Source: Candidatus Krumholzibacteriota bacterium (GTDB taxonomy: Bacteria; Krumholzibacteriota; Krumholzibacteriia; JAJRXK01). From it: a DNA stretch of 64,000 nt. This document shows positions 9,842-18,496 of the stretch, piece by piece. Both the position numbers and the translations under genes were made by a program. The DNA is taken from assembly GCA_963727455.1 (NCBI GenBank), contig CAVSGG010000015.1, forward strand, positions 32,001-96,000, read 5' to 3'. Position 1 is the first letter of the stretch, and every line of letters begins with the position of its first letter. The notes beneath the pieces are model-generated. The model was given only the letters and a program-made list of their open reading frames with translations. It did no database searches and was not told the origin of the DNA.

Positions 9842-11920
9842 CTAGGCCTCTTCGTGTTCCTTCTTGGCGGACTCGACGATCTTGTTCATCAGCTCGCCCG
9901 GCACTTCCTCGTAACCCTGGAACTTGCGGGTGTGGGTGCCACGGCCCTGGGTCATGCTCCTCAAACTGGTGCTGTAGCGGTAGAGTTCGGCCAAGGGCAC
10001 GTGCGCCTTGACCACGGCGAAATGCCCCTGGGCCTCAGTCCCCATGATCCGTCCCCGCCGCGAGCTCAGATCTCCCATGACGTCACCCATGACCTCATCC
10101 GGACACTTCACTTCGATTTCGTAGATGGGCTCCAGCAGGACCGCCTGCGTTTTGGCGAAGCACTCGCGGAGAGCGGTCGAAGCGGCGGTCTTGAACGCGG
10201 CCTCGCTGGAGTCCACCGCATGGAAGCCACCATCGTACAGCGTGGCCTTCAGATCCACGACCTGACATTTGGCCAAGGGTCCCCTCTGCATGGATTCCTT
10301 GAGCCCCTTCTCCACCGCCGGGATGAACTTTCCCGGGATCGCGCCGCCCACGATTGCGTTCACGAATTCGAATCCCTGACCGCGGGGAAGCGACTCGAAG
10401 CGGAGGCTCACGTCCGCGAACTGGCCGCGTCCGCCCGTTTGCTTCTTGTGACGGGCCTGCACCTCGATCTTGCCCTTGATGGTCTCCAGGTAGGGAATCT
10501 TCGGTTCACGACGTTCCACCTCGACCCCGGTGGATTCCTTGAGATTCTGCAGGATGATGTCGAAGTGCAGCTCTCCCTGTCCCTGCATGACCATCTCGTG
10601 GGTCTGCGGGTCCATCTCGAGCGAGAAGGTTGGATCCTCCTCACGGATCTTGTGCAGACCATTGACCATCTTGTCGTCGTCGCCCGCCCCTAAAGGACGG
10701 ATCGCCATCCGACTGTTCGTCTCCGGGTAAGGAATGGGCTTGAAGAGGGCCGTGCCGCTCTTCTCGCCCAGGGTGTCGCCGGCATGCGTATTCTTGAGTT
10801 TGACCGCGGCGCCAAAATCTCCGCAGCCGATAACCTCGATCTTCTCCCTGTTCTTTCCCTCGAGCTGGAAGAGCTGCGTCAGCCGCTCGCTGTGGCCGTG
10901 GCTCTTGTTGAGCACCTCGTCCCCCGAGGAGAGCTTCGAGCCGTAGACCCGCAGCAGGGCGAACTCTCCCGCCTCCTTCTCCAGGGAGATCTTGAACACG
11001 CGCGCAGCCAGAGGGGCATCGGGTCCGACCTCGATCTTGGTCGCCTCCCCCTTCTGATCGACCGCATCGATTTCGCTGAAGGCGTTCGCGGCGGGCAGGT
11101 ACTCCTTCACGTAGTGCAGCATCTGCTTCATCCCACGCAGAGAGTGCGCACTCACCGCGCACACTGGGAGGAACGAACGGTCTCTGACACCAATACGGAT
11201 GCCCTTCACGATTTCCTCGTAGCTGAGCGTGCCCTCCTCGAGGAATTTCTCCACCAGGCCGTCGTCGTGTTCCGCCGCGGCATTGAGGAGCTCCTCACGG
11301 GTCGTCTCGTAGACATCTTTCATTTCCGCCGGAATCTCCGCTTCCTTCGATTCGCCTTTGTCGTCGTAGAGGTAGGCCTTGCCCAGGGCCACATCGATCA
11401 CGCCCTTGAAATTCTCGCCATCGCCGATGGGAAGCTGAATCGGGATCGCCTTCGAGCTGAGCTGCTTGTGAATTTGCTCCAGAGCTGAGGCGAAATCGGC
11501 GTGTTCCTTGTCCATTTTGGACACCACGATCATAGTGGGGAGCTTGAGCTCGTCGAGCTTCTCCCAGAGGCTCTCGGTTCCCACCTCGACCCCACCATCG
11601 GCACGCACGAGCACGATGGCGCTCTCCACCACCGACAGGGCTGCCATCACGTCGCCGCGGAAATCCTCGAAACCGGGAGTGTCGAGGATGTTGAACTTGG
11701 TGCCTTCGTATTCGCAGGCTCCCAATGCCAGATAAATGCTGGTCTTGCGGTCGATTTCGTTGGGGTGGTAGTCCAGATTACTGCTTCCCTCGTCCACGCT
11801 GCCCATCCGTCCGATGGCCTTCGTCTTGTAGAGAATAGCTTCTGCCAAAGTGGTCTTCCCGGCCGCCTGATGGGAAAGGAGGGCCAGATTGCGAATATTC
11901 GAGGGCTCATAGGTCTTCAA
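9842..11920 (-). CDS. fusA2: elongation factor G paralogue (EF-G2 type)
   Basis: Full EF-G architecture (KKQTGGRGQF, HAVDSSE, LRSMTQGRG), divergent G motifs, outside the str operon. Confidence 0.88.
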   Translation of the reverse strand: MKTYEPSNIRNLALLSHQAAGKTTLAEAILYKTKAIGRMGSVDEGSSNLDYHPNEIDRKTSIYLALGACEYEGTKFNILDTPGFEDFRGDVMAALSVVESAIVLVRADGGVEVGTESLWEKLDELKLPTMIVVSKMDKEHADFASALEQIHKQLSSKAIPIQLPIGDGENFKGVIDVALGKAYLYDDKGESKEAEIPAEMKDVYETTREELLNAAAEHDDGLVEKFLEEGTLSYEEIVKGIRIGVRDRSFLPVCAVSAHSLRGMKQMLHYVKEYLPAANAFSEIDAVDQKGEATKIEVGPDAPLAARVFKISLEKEAGEFALLRVYGSKLSSGDEVLNKSHGHSERLTQLFQLEGKNREKIEVIGCGDFGAAVKLKNTHAGDTLGEKSGTALFKPIPYPETNSRMAIRPLGAGDDDKMVNGLHKIREEDPTFSLEMDPQTHEMVMQGQGELHFDIILQNLKESTGVEVERREPKIPYLETIKGKIEVQARHKKQTGGRGQFADVSLRFESLPRGQGFEFVNAIVGGAIPGKFIPAVEKGLKESMQRGPLAKCQVVDLKATLYDGGFHAVDSSEAAFKTAASTALRECFAKTQAVLLEPIYEIEVKCPDEVMGDVMGDLSSRRGRIMGTEAQGHFAVVKAHVPLAELYRYSTSLRSMTQGRGTHTRKFQGYEEVPGELMNKIVESAKKEHEEA

Positions 11921-12035
11921 GGCCGATGCCTCCCGACTCTTGGTCGTGGGAAAGGAAGCGTCCCCGCCGCTTCATTCAGCGCCAAACACCGCCAAAGCGC
12001 GGGGATCGGTGCGGGGTCGAGCGTTAGAACACGCT

Positions 12036-12065
12036 AATCTAGCGCGTTTGGCAAAAGAGTGTCAA
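12036..12065 (-). promoter_or_regulatory. sigma70-type promoter for the fusA2 operon
   Basis: TTGACA-N18-TAGATT. Confidence 0.6.
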
Positions 12066-12182
12066 CGTGGCGCCTTCGCGCAAGGTACAGTTTTGGTTGG
12101 GCTTTCCCTCGCGAATTCGCCACCGTATATTGGACCTGCCGCGGGCAAGGGCGATCTCTGCGCCTGGGGCCTAGGTCTTTTC

Positions 12183-12212
12183 TTTACAGTCCGCTAGTCG
12201 AGAGGATAGATT
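12183..12212 (+). promoter_or_regulatory. possible sigma70-type promoter for the beta-barrel gene
   Basis: TTTACA-N18-TAGATT. Confidence 0.4.
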
Positions 12213-12301
12213 CTTCCGGCTGTTAGCTCTGCGGGTGATGATCCGGTTTGCTTCCCCTCGCGCGCCGCGGGTTGGGAGGAGATAGCTCCCGCTCGTAGCT
12301 T

Positions 12302-13270
12302 ATGCGACGTTTATTCACCCTATCCCGCCCCGCGGCTGGGCTCTTCAGGTCTATGTCTCAGTTCACGCATTCGAATCGCCTTCCCTCGCGTACGCCAGCT
12401 CGCTCGATTCCCATGGTTGCGGTACTCTTGGCGCTCCTCGCTCTGCTGCTCTCGACCAGCGCGTCGGCTCAACCCAAGAAAAAGGACGAAAACGAGCACA
12501 AATTGGGGCAGATCCGCCGGATCGAGCTCTCCTTCTTCGGGGGCTGGTTCGGGGGAGTGACCTATCTGAGTCTGCCTCCCATCGCACCGCAGACCACCGA
12601 TCTCGGTGCCGCACAGATCCTGGACTTCAGTGACGACCTCCTGGCCCAGCCCAAGTACCCGGGGCAGATCGATGCGACCGAGAAGAGCGTCGACAGCGGC
12701 TACTTCGGGGGGCTCAGCGCCACTTTCTTCCTGACCGATGCCTTTGGTCTGGAACTCATCGGTGCCTACGGTCAGTCGCAGGCCAAGATCACGGGCGAAT
12801 ATCAGGATCCCAACGGCGTCGACATGCAGAATCCCTTCTACGACCCCTCCCAGGCCAACGGACGCTTCCAATGGGACCGCTCGGACATGACCTGGGTGCA
12901 GGGCGGCGCGAACATGGTGTTCATTTTCGGAAAGCGCACCCTACGACCCTATCTGCTCATTGGTCTGGGAGGAGTGCTCAACAGCTTTCCCAACGCCAAC
13001 AGCGTGGGCGCGCTCTACTTTCAATACGGTGGCGGCTTTCGCTATGAGCTGAGCGACCGACTGGCGCTGAAGATGGGAATCTCCACCGCCCTCTTCAGCT
13101 GGAGCCAGGATGAAATCGATCTGAACCGAGCCGTTCAGTACCCGATGGCCAGCATCGGCATCATCTGGAAGCACGAGGTCCCGCCAGAGGCCTACCAGGA
13201 CGACACTTCCAAGGAGAAGCCGGAAAATCCAGAGGGGACGAAGCCGCAGGATGCGCAGGGCAAGGGATAG
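12302..13270 (+). CDS. outer-membrane beta-barrel protein (OmpA/OmpW-like)
   Basis: Signal peptide ending ASA-Q; amphipathic strands (RPYLLIGLG, YGGGFRY). The start may be 12353 or 12413. Confidence 0.7.
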   Translation: MRRLFTLSRPAAGLFRSMSQFTHSNRLPSRTPARSIPMVAVLLALLALLLSTSASAQPKKKDENEHKLGQIRRIELSFFGGWFGGVTYLSLPPIAPQTTDLGAAQILDFSDDLLAQPKYPGQIDATEKSVDSGYFGGLSATFFLTDAFGLELIGAYGQSQAKITGEYQDPNGVDMQNPFYDPSQANGRFQWDRSDMTWVQGGANMVFIFGKRTLRPYLLIGLGGVLNSFPNANSVGALYFQYGGGFRYELSDRLALKMGISTALFSWSQDEIDLNRAVQYPMASIGIIWKHEVPPEAYQDDTSKEKPENPEGTKPQDAQGKG

Positions 13271-13335
13271 AGGGTCCTCGCCGCGCGGCCTTACGCGCTC
13301 GAACGCGTCTCGGCCCGAGATTCCACTTTCGTGAC

Positions 13336-13372
13336 AAAAGAGAAGAGGCGCCCTCGAGCGGGCGCCTCTTCT
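13336..13372 (-). terminator. intrinsic terminator between convergent genes, possibly bidirectional
   Basis: 13-bp perfect stem AGAAGAGGCGCCC/GGGCGCCTCTTCT with a 6-nt loop, then CTTTT on the minus strand. Confidence 0.8.
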
Positions 13373-13394
13373 GCACTCAGACGAAAAACCGCGG

Positions 13395-13793
13395 CTACTT
13401 CTTCTTGCGCACCGTGGTCTTCTTCTTACGACGGGTTGTCTTCTTCTTGCGGCCCGTGGTCTTCTTCTTGCGGGCCGTCGTCTTCTTCTTGCGACCCGTG
13501 GTCTTCTTCTTGCGACGGGTCGTCTTCTTCTTGCGGGCCGTCGTCTTCTTCTTGCGGCCCGTGGTCTTCTTCTTGCGACGGGTCGTCTTCTTCTTGCGGC
13601 CCGTGGTCTTCTTCTTGCGACGGGTCGTCTTCTTCTTGCGGCCCGTGGTCTTCTTCTTGCGGGCCGTCGTCTTCTTCTTGCGACGGGTCGTCTTCTTCTT
13701 GCGGGCCGTCGTCTTCTTCTTGCGACCCGTGGTCTTCTTCTTACGAGCGGTGCGCTTCTTCGCCGCCGCCTCCATAATGATTCCGTCTTCCAT
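13395..13793 (-). CDS. Lys/Arg-rich histone H1/protamine-like repeat protein
   Basis: ATG 13793 with GAGG RBS (alternative ATG 13775); 16 x RKKKTT[G/A/R/V]; own promoter and terminator. Confidence 0.8.
   Translation of the reverse strand: MEDGIIMEAAAKKRTARKKKTTGRKKKTTARKKKTTRRKKKTTARKKKTTGRKKKTTRRKKKTTGRKKKTTRRKKKTTGRKKKTTARKKKTTRRKKKTTGRKKKTTARKKKTTGRKKKTTRRKKKTTVRKKK
13398..13745. repeat. 21-bp coding tandem repeat, about 16.5 copies
   Basis: Units such as CTTCTTCTTGCGGCCCGTGGT / ..GCGGGCCGTCGT / ..GCGACGGGTCGT, head to tail with no spacers. Confidence 0.97.
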
Positions 13794-13899
13794 TCTTTTG
13801 CCTCGCTTTTGTGTGCAGCCTTGAGGGGCGACGCCCCTCGGAACGGTTCCCGAATTGGAAATCATGAGCAACTCACGTTCCAGATCGGAAATCATCCGG

Positions 13900-13928
13900 A
13901 TTATTCGGATCACGGTTTTTCGTGTCAA
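13900..13928 (-). promoter_or_regulatory. sigma70-type promoter for the basic repeat protein
   Basis: TTGACA-N17-AATAAT. Confidence 0.6.
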
Positions 13929-13930
13929 AC

Positions 13931-13963
13931 AAAAAAATAGAGGTCTCGATGTGTTCGAGACCT
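13931..13963 (-). terminator. intrinsic terminator after secG-tRNA-Leu
   Basis: AGGTCTCGA/TCGAGACCT stem followed by CTATTTTTTT on the minus strand. Confidence 0.75.
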
Positions 13964-13972
13964 CATGAGACG

Positions 13973-14057
13973 TGGTGCCCGGGGCGGGATTCGAACCCGC
14001 ACGGCTCTCGCCACTACCCCCTCAAGATAGCGTGTCTACCAATTCCACCACCCGGGC
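13973..14057 (-). tRNA. tRNA-Leu(GAG)
   Basis: GCCCGGGTGGTGGAATTGGTAGAC...CTATCTT-GAG-GGGGTAG, long variable arm, GGTTCGAATCC, encoded CCA; classic position after secG. Confidence 0.97.
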
Positions 14058-14073
14058 GCACGAGCAACATCTC

Positions 14074-14547
14074 CTACTGTCCGCCACCACTGGATTGCTT
14101 CTTCTCTTTGGAAGAAGAGGCTTTTGCCGCGTTCTCATTGGAAGAACTGGGCGCGGTGGATTGGGAATTCTCCACTCCCTTGGGTGATTGTTCGGCGGTC
14201 GGAATATCCGAGGGTGTGACAGGGACAGCCTCGTTTTGAGGCAGCGGTGCACTCTCTACGGGAACCCTCTCCGCCGCCTGACGAGTCAGTCGGCTATGTG
14301 TGGTGGGAGCACCTTCATTCATCGTCAAAAAGACTAAAATCACACTGCTGATCATGAAGGCCGCGCCCAAGTAGATCGTTGCTTTGTGCAAGATCGTCGT
14401 CACGCCGCGTGCGCCAAATACGGCTTGTCCCGCACCACCACCGCCGAAAGCGCCCGCCAAGCCGTCGCCTTTGGAAGACTGCAGAAGAACGACCACGCAG
14501 AGCACGATGGAAATGAGCAGGTGAACGATGATTGCGAGTCCGTACAT
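14074..14547 (-). CDS. secG: preprotein translocase subunit SecG
   Basis: VLLQSSKGDGLAGAFGGG between two TM helices; downstream of tpiA; low-complexity C-terminal tail. Confidence 0.93.
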   Translation of the reverse strand: MYGLAIIVHLLISIVLCVVVLLQSSKGDGLAGAFGGGGAGQAVFGARGVTTILHKATIYLGAAFMISSVILVFLTMNEGAPTTHSRLTRQAAERVPVESAPLPQNEAVPVTPSDIPTAEQSPKGVENSQSTAPSSSNENAAKASSSKEKKQSSGGGQ

Positions 14548-14617
14548 GGGATTGACCTTGAATCGGGATAGGTCGAGGATCGGGCGCCACCAGCGCCGTC
14601 TCCGCCAAGAGCAGGGT

Positions 14618-14646
14618 AAATTAGCATCTCGCCCTGCCCCTGTCAA
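14618..14646 (-). promoter_or_regulatory. promoter for secG/tRNA-Leu
   Basis: TTGACA-N17-TAATTT with an extended -10 TG. Confidence 0.6.
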
Positions 14647-14692
14647 ATCAGCCCTACGCGGGGTTTGACCGCGAATTCGGCCCTTCAGGGCC

Positions 14693-15448
14693 TCATTGGT
14701 ATTCGATGATCCGCCGGAAGGACTCGGCCTTCAGGCTCGCTCCCCCCACCAGCGCCCCGTCGATGTTCTCGCGCTGCATGTACTCCGCGATGTTGTCGGG
14801 GGTGACGCTGCCCCCGTAGAGAATGCGTACGCTCTTGGAAACCTCGTCACCGAAGCGCTCCTTGAGAATCCCTCGTACCAGCCGGTGGACCGCCTCCGCG
14901 TCCTCGGGCTGCGCGCTGTTGCCGGTCCCGATGGCCCAAATTGGCTCGTAGGCGAGCACGACGGCTGCGGCCTGGGGCGCGTGCAGACCCTCCAGCACCG
15001 CGTGAATTTGCCCGCTGACGAAGGACTCGGTGCGCCCCTGCAAGCGGATTTCCTCGCTCTCGCCGAAGCACACCACCGGCTGCAGTCCCACGCGGAAGGT
15101 CGCACGCAGCTTCGCCGCCACCAGTTCATCCGTCTCGTGGAAGAACTCTCTGCGCTCGCTGTGGCCGAGGATGCAGCAGCGGACCTGTAGCTCCTTTAAC
15201 TGTTCGGCGCTCACTCCCCCCGTGAATGCCCCGGGCTCTTGGAAGCTGAGGTCCTGGCATCCCACTCCCACCACGCTTCCCTGCAACACTTCCATCACCT
15301 GGGACACGAAGGGCATCGAAGGGCACACCATCACCTCGGGTCCCGCGTAGACCCCGGCGAGTTGCCGTTTGAGTTCGCGGGCCAGACTCAGACTCTCGGC
15401 TCGCCCGAGTTTCATTTTCCAATTGCCGATGATCAGTGGCCGTCTCAT
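14693..15448 (-). CDS. tpiA: triosephosphate isomerase
   Basis: GNWKM, GHSERR, AYEPIWAIGTG, YGGSV, LVGGASL. Confidence 0.97.
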   Translation of the reverse strand: MRRPLIIGNWKMKLGRAESLSLARELKRQLAGVYAGPEVMVCPSMPFVSQVMEVLQGSVVGVGCQDLSFQEPGAFTGGVSAEQLKELQVRCCILGHSERREFFHETDELVAAKLRATFRVGLQPVVCFGESEEIRLQGRTESFVSGQIHAVLEGLHAPQAAAVVLAYEPIWAIGTGNSAQPEDAEAVHRLVRGILKERFGDEVSKSVRILYGGSVTPDNIAEYMQRENIDGALVGGASLKAESFRRIIEYQ

Positions 15449-15479
15449 GGCCGACTCCCTTCGCAGATTTGCAGCGAGC

Positions 15480-16691
15480 TCACACGGGAGAGGAACTGAC
15501 GTCCGAGAGTACCTCGACCCCCGGGAGAGTCTTCCCCGCCAGAAGTTCCAGGGACGCCCCGCCGCCGGTCGAGAGGTGCGAGATCGAGTCGGCAAGATCG
15601 AGCTGATTGACCGCCGCGACGGAGTCGCCTCCTCCCACCACGGTGCGCGCCCCCTGCTCGGTGGCACGAGCGATCGCGCGGGCGATGGCGCGGGTTCCGC
15701 GGGCGAATCGCGGCATTTCGAAGACCCCCATGGGACCGTTCCAGAACACGGTGCGCGCGCGGGCAATCTCTTCGGCGAAAAACTTCGTAGTTCGAGGACC
15801 GATGTCCAGGCCCTGCCAGTTTTCGGGGATGTCGGTGACGAGCACTTCCTTGAGCGCCCCCTTCTCGGAGAACTCGTTGCTCACAACGACGTCCTGAGGC
15901 AGAAGAATCCTGGTGCGCGAGTTCTTGGCCCGTTCCAGAATGCCCCGCACGGTATCCTGCAGTCCATCTTCCACCAGACTGGCGCCCACTTCCAAGCCGT
16001 GCACCTTGAAGAAGGTGAAGGCCATGCCGCCGCCGATCAGGATCGAATCGACTCGGTCCAGGAGGTTCTCGATGACCTCGATCTTGCCACTCACTTTGGC
16101 GCCGCCCAGGACCGCAACGAATGGTTGCGCGGGCCGCTCGAGCAGGCCCTGCAGGTTGTCCAGCTCCTTGGCCATGAGCAGTCCCGATACTCGCAATTCG
16201 AAATGCTGCGCGACTCCTACCGTACTCGCGTGCGCCCGGTGCGCGGTTCCGAAGGCATCGTTGACGTAGACCTCTCCCCAGCGGGCCAGAGCAGCGGCAA
16301 ACTGCGGATCGTTTGCGGTCTCCTCGGAATGGAATCGGAGATTCTCCAAGAGGACGATCTCACCTTCCTTGAGAGTGGAGAGCGCGGCCTCCGCTTCCTC
16401 TCCCACGCAATCGGGAACGAAACGCACTGGGGCCCCACACAACTCCGCGAGACGATCCGCGACCGGCTGCAAACTCATCGATTCCACGCGTTCCCCCTTG
16501 GGCCGACCAAGGTGGCTCATGAGAATGATCTGCCCGCCGCGAGCTCTGATCAACTCGATGGTCGAGAGCGATGCCCGAATGCGCGTGTCGTCGGTGATCT
16601 CCCGCGCCTCGTTCATCGGCACGTTGAAATCAACGCGAGTGAGCACGCGAACTCCCTTGAGATCGATGTCTTGGACTGAGAGCTTCTTCAT
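15480..16691 (-). CDS. pgk: phosphoglycerate kinase
   Basis: RVDFNVP, SHLGRP, NDAFGTAHR, STGGGASLE. Confidence 0.98.
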   Translation of the reverse strand: MKKLSVQDIDLKGVRVLTRVDFNVPMNEAREITDDTRIRASLSTIELIRARGGQIILMSHLGRPKGERVESMSLQPVADRLAELCGAPVRFVPDCVGEEAEAALSTLKEGEIVLLENLRFHSEETANDPQFAAALARWGEVYVNDAFGTAHRAHASTVGVAQHFELRVSGLLMAKELDNLQGLLERPAQPFVAVLGGAKVSGKIEVIENLLDRVDSILIGGGMAFTFFKVHGLEVGASLVEDGLQDTVRGILERAKNSRTRILLPQDVVVSNEFSEKGALKEVLVTDIPENWQGLDIGPRTTKFFAEEIARARTVFWNGPMGVFEMPRFARGTRAIARAIARATEQGARTVVGGGDSVAAVNQLDLADSISHLSTGGGASLELLAGKTLPGVEVLSDVSSSPV

Positions 16692-16807
16692 GATTCCCCG
16701 ATTCTTCCGGCGCCCTCTCCCTCGGGCTGGCCTTCCTCACCCTGACCGGAGCTGATGCGGTATCTTGTTGTTTTACAAAAACTTATACTCTCGCTTCCCC
16801 ACGGATC

Positions 16808-16837
16808 ATAGTAGAGACACAAGTCCCGAAGTGTCAA
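16808..16837 (-). promoter_or_regulatory. promoter for pgk-tpiA
   Basis: TTGACA-N18-TACTAT. Confidence 0.6.
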
Positions 16838-16839
16838 GT

Positions 16840-17577
16840 TCACACTCGCTGAGGAGCCGCAGCGGCTCCCGCGAGCGCGAGCGCCAAAAGTGGGTGATCC
16901 CGGGAGCGCAAGAGCGGGACGCAGGCGCGCAGGGTCGCTCCTGTCGTCACCTGGTCGTCCACCAGAATCAGAGGCACTCCTTCGGGAAGTTCCGCCAGAC
17001 GGCTCACTTGGAAGACTGAGCGCAGCGCGGCCGCGCGATCTTCCTCGAGGGGCAGAGTCGCGAGACTCCTCGTCGCTTTTCTTCTAGTTAGTATCCCCCG
17101 GGCCAGAGGCAAGTTCCCGTTTGCGGAGAGCCGGATCGCCAGAACCTCAGGAAGGCTGTATCCTCGTTGGGCCCGCCGCACTGGATCGTCGGGCAAAGGC
17201 ACGATACGGGCACTCCCGATCCTCGCGAGCACAGGAGCGGCCCATTGCGCGAAGGACTCGCTCAGTGCCTCCATCAGAGGATACTGGCCCCCGTATTTCA
17301 CTGCGTGCAGCAGCCGGAAGAAACGCGCATCGTCTTGGAAGTGCCAGGAGATGGGGCAGCCCTCGGCTCTCGTACCGGGCAAGGGCGGATCACCGCCGCG
17401 ACGGGGCAAACTCTCCATGCAAGAACGGTGCACCAAGCCCAAATTGGGGCCGCCTCCAGGACCCGCACAGTCGGCGGGCGCGGGTGGAAGCCAGCCTTCA
17501 CAGATGGGACATTGCGCGGGCCACACCAAGTCCAACAGGGCCCGCCGCCAACGAAGGTTGCGCGCATACAATTCCAT
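16840..17577 (-). CDS. comF: ComF family phosphoribosyltransferase-like protein
   Basis: N-terminal PxxCPIC, KY, RGY, VDDQVTTGAT. Confidence 0.8.
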   Translation of the reverse strand: MELYARNLRWRRALLDLVWPAQCPICEGWLPPAPADCAGPGGGPNLGLVHRSCMESLPRRGGDPPLPGTRAEGCPISWHFQDDARFFRLLHAVKYGGQYPLMEALSESFAQWAAPVLARIGSARIVPLPDDPVRRAQRGYSLPEVLAIRLSANGNLPLARGILTRRKATRSLATLPLEEDRAAALRSVFQVSRLAELPEGVPLILVDDQVTTGATLRACVPLLRSRDHPLLALALAGAAAAPQRV

Positions 17578-17601
17578 CCAAGGAAATCTCCGCAGGAAAG
17601 C

Positions 17602-18495
17602 TCAGTGGGAGGCTGGAGGAAGCGCGCTCTGCATGAAGGCTTCGGGCTGCGAGTCGGGAAACCACAGACGGAAGGCCCTCTGCGCCTGCGCACGGAGCAT
17701 GCTCCGGCCGTCGGCGACGGGACCCTTCGACTGGTGCGCCCGCAGCAGACGGGAAGGGACGGGCCCGTAGCACAAGTCCATCAGCGCACAACCAGCGGAC
17801 AGAGCTCGTGGGTCGATCGGACTGGGGTCCTCCGGGTGGAGTCCCAGCGGCGTGGCCTGAATGAGAAGGGAGATCGAGCTGAGAGATGCCGTCGCGAGTT
17901 CCTCCACGGATGCCCCGAGAGACTCCGCCCAAGTTGCCCGCGCGAGGGAACGTGCGAGAACCCGTACCCGCGCCGCTTTGAGTTCCTGCAGGGCAACCAC
18001 GGCGGCCCGGGCCGCGCCACCAGCTCCGACGATCGCGCACTCCCGCAGCCAGTCCCGCCCCGGGAAATGCTGCGCCAGGGCGTCTTGCAGCCCGCCTACA
18101 TCGGTATTGTGCGCCTCCCATCCCTCAGCGAGAGGTACGAGGGTGTTGGCAGCGCCAACACGAGCGGCCATGGCGGAATGCCGCAGACTCATCCTCAGCG
18201 CGAGCTGCTTGTGAGGAAGCGTCACGTTCAATCCCGCGACCCTTGCTACTTCGGCCGCGCGCAAGCAACTCGCGAACTCCGCCGACGATACGCGCACACA
18301 GCGATAGTTCCCCGCGATCTTCGCGCCCTTGAGGGCGGCCTGGTGAAGCACGGGGCTGAGGCTGTGCGCGATCGGCTCTCCGAGCAACGCCAGCAGAGGC
18401 CAGCTTCGTTCTCTCCCGTCCGGACCCTTGAGAACCCCGTTCCCGAAGTTCAGAGGCTCAGGCCCCGCGCTGCGATCCTCTGAGGCAGCGTCCAA
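17602..18495 (-). CDS. aroE: shikimate dehydrogenase
   Basis: HSLSP, NVTLPHK, NTD, GAGGAARA. Confidence 0.92.
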   Translation of the reverse strand: MDAASEDRSAGPEPLNFGNGVLKGPDGRERSWPLLALLGEPIAHSLSPVLHQAALKGAKIAGNYRCVRVSSAEFASCLRAAEVARVAGLNVTLPHKQLALRMSLRHSAMAARVGAANTLVPLAEGWEAHNTDVGGLQDALAQHFPGRDWLRECAIVGAGGAARAAVVALQELKAARVRVLARSLARATWAESLGASVEELATASLSSISLLIQATPLGLHPEDPSPIDPRALSAGCALMDLCYGPVPSRLLRAHQSKGPVADGRSMLRAQAQRAFRLWFPDSQPEAFMQSALPPASH

Positions 18496-18496
18496 C

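Noticed and set aside
13398-13745. CRISPR array
   Set aside because: Head-to-tail 21-bp units without unique spacers, in frame in a CDS, and no cas genes.
13331-13824. Plus-strand ORFs with LRRVVFF or SSSCGPW repeats
   Set aside because: Antisense shadows of the stop-free repeat; promoter, RBS and terminator all favour the minus-strand reading.
12302-13975. Genomic island integrated at tRNA-Leu
   Set aside because: No integrase and no duplicated tRNA 3' end seen.
15480-16840. Absence of gap next to pgk-tpiA and of secDF next to yajC
   Set aside because: Common operon rearrangements; loss cannot be inferred from one window.
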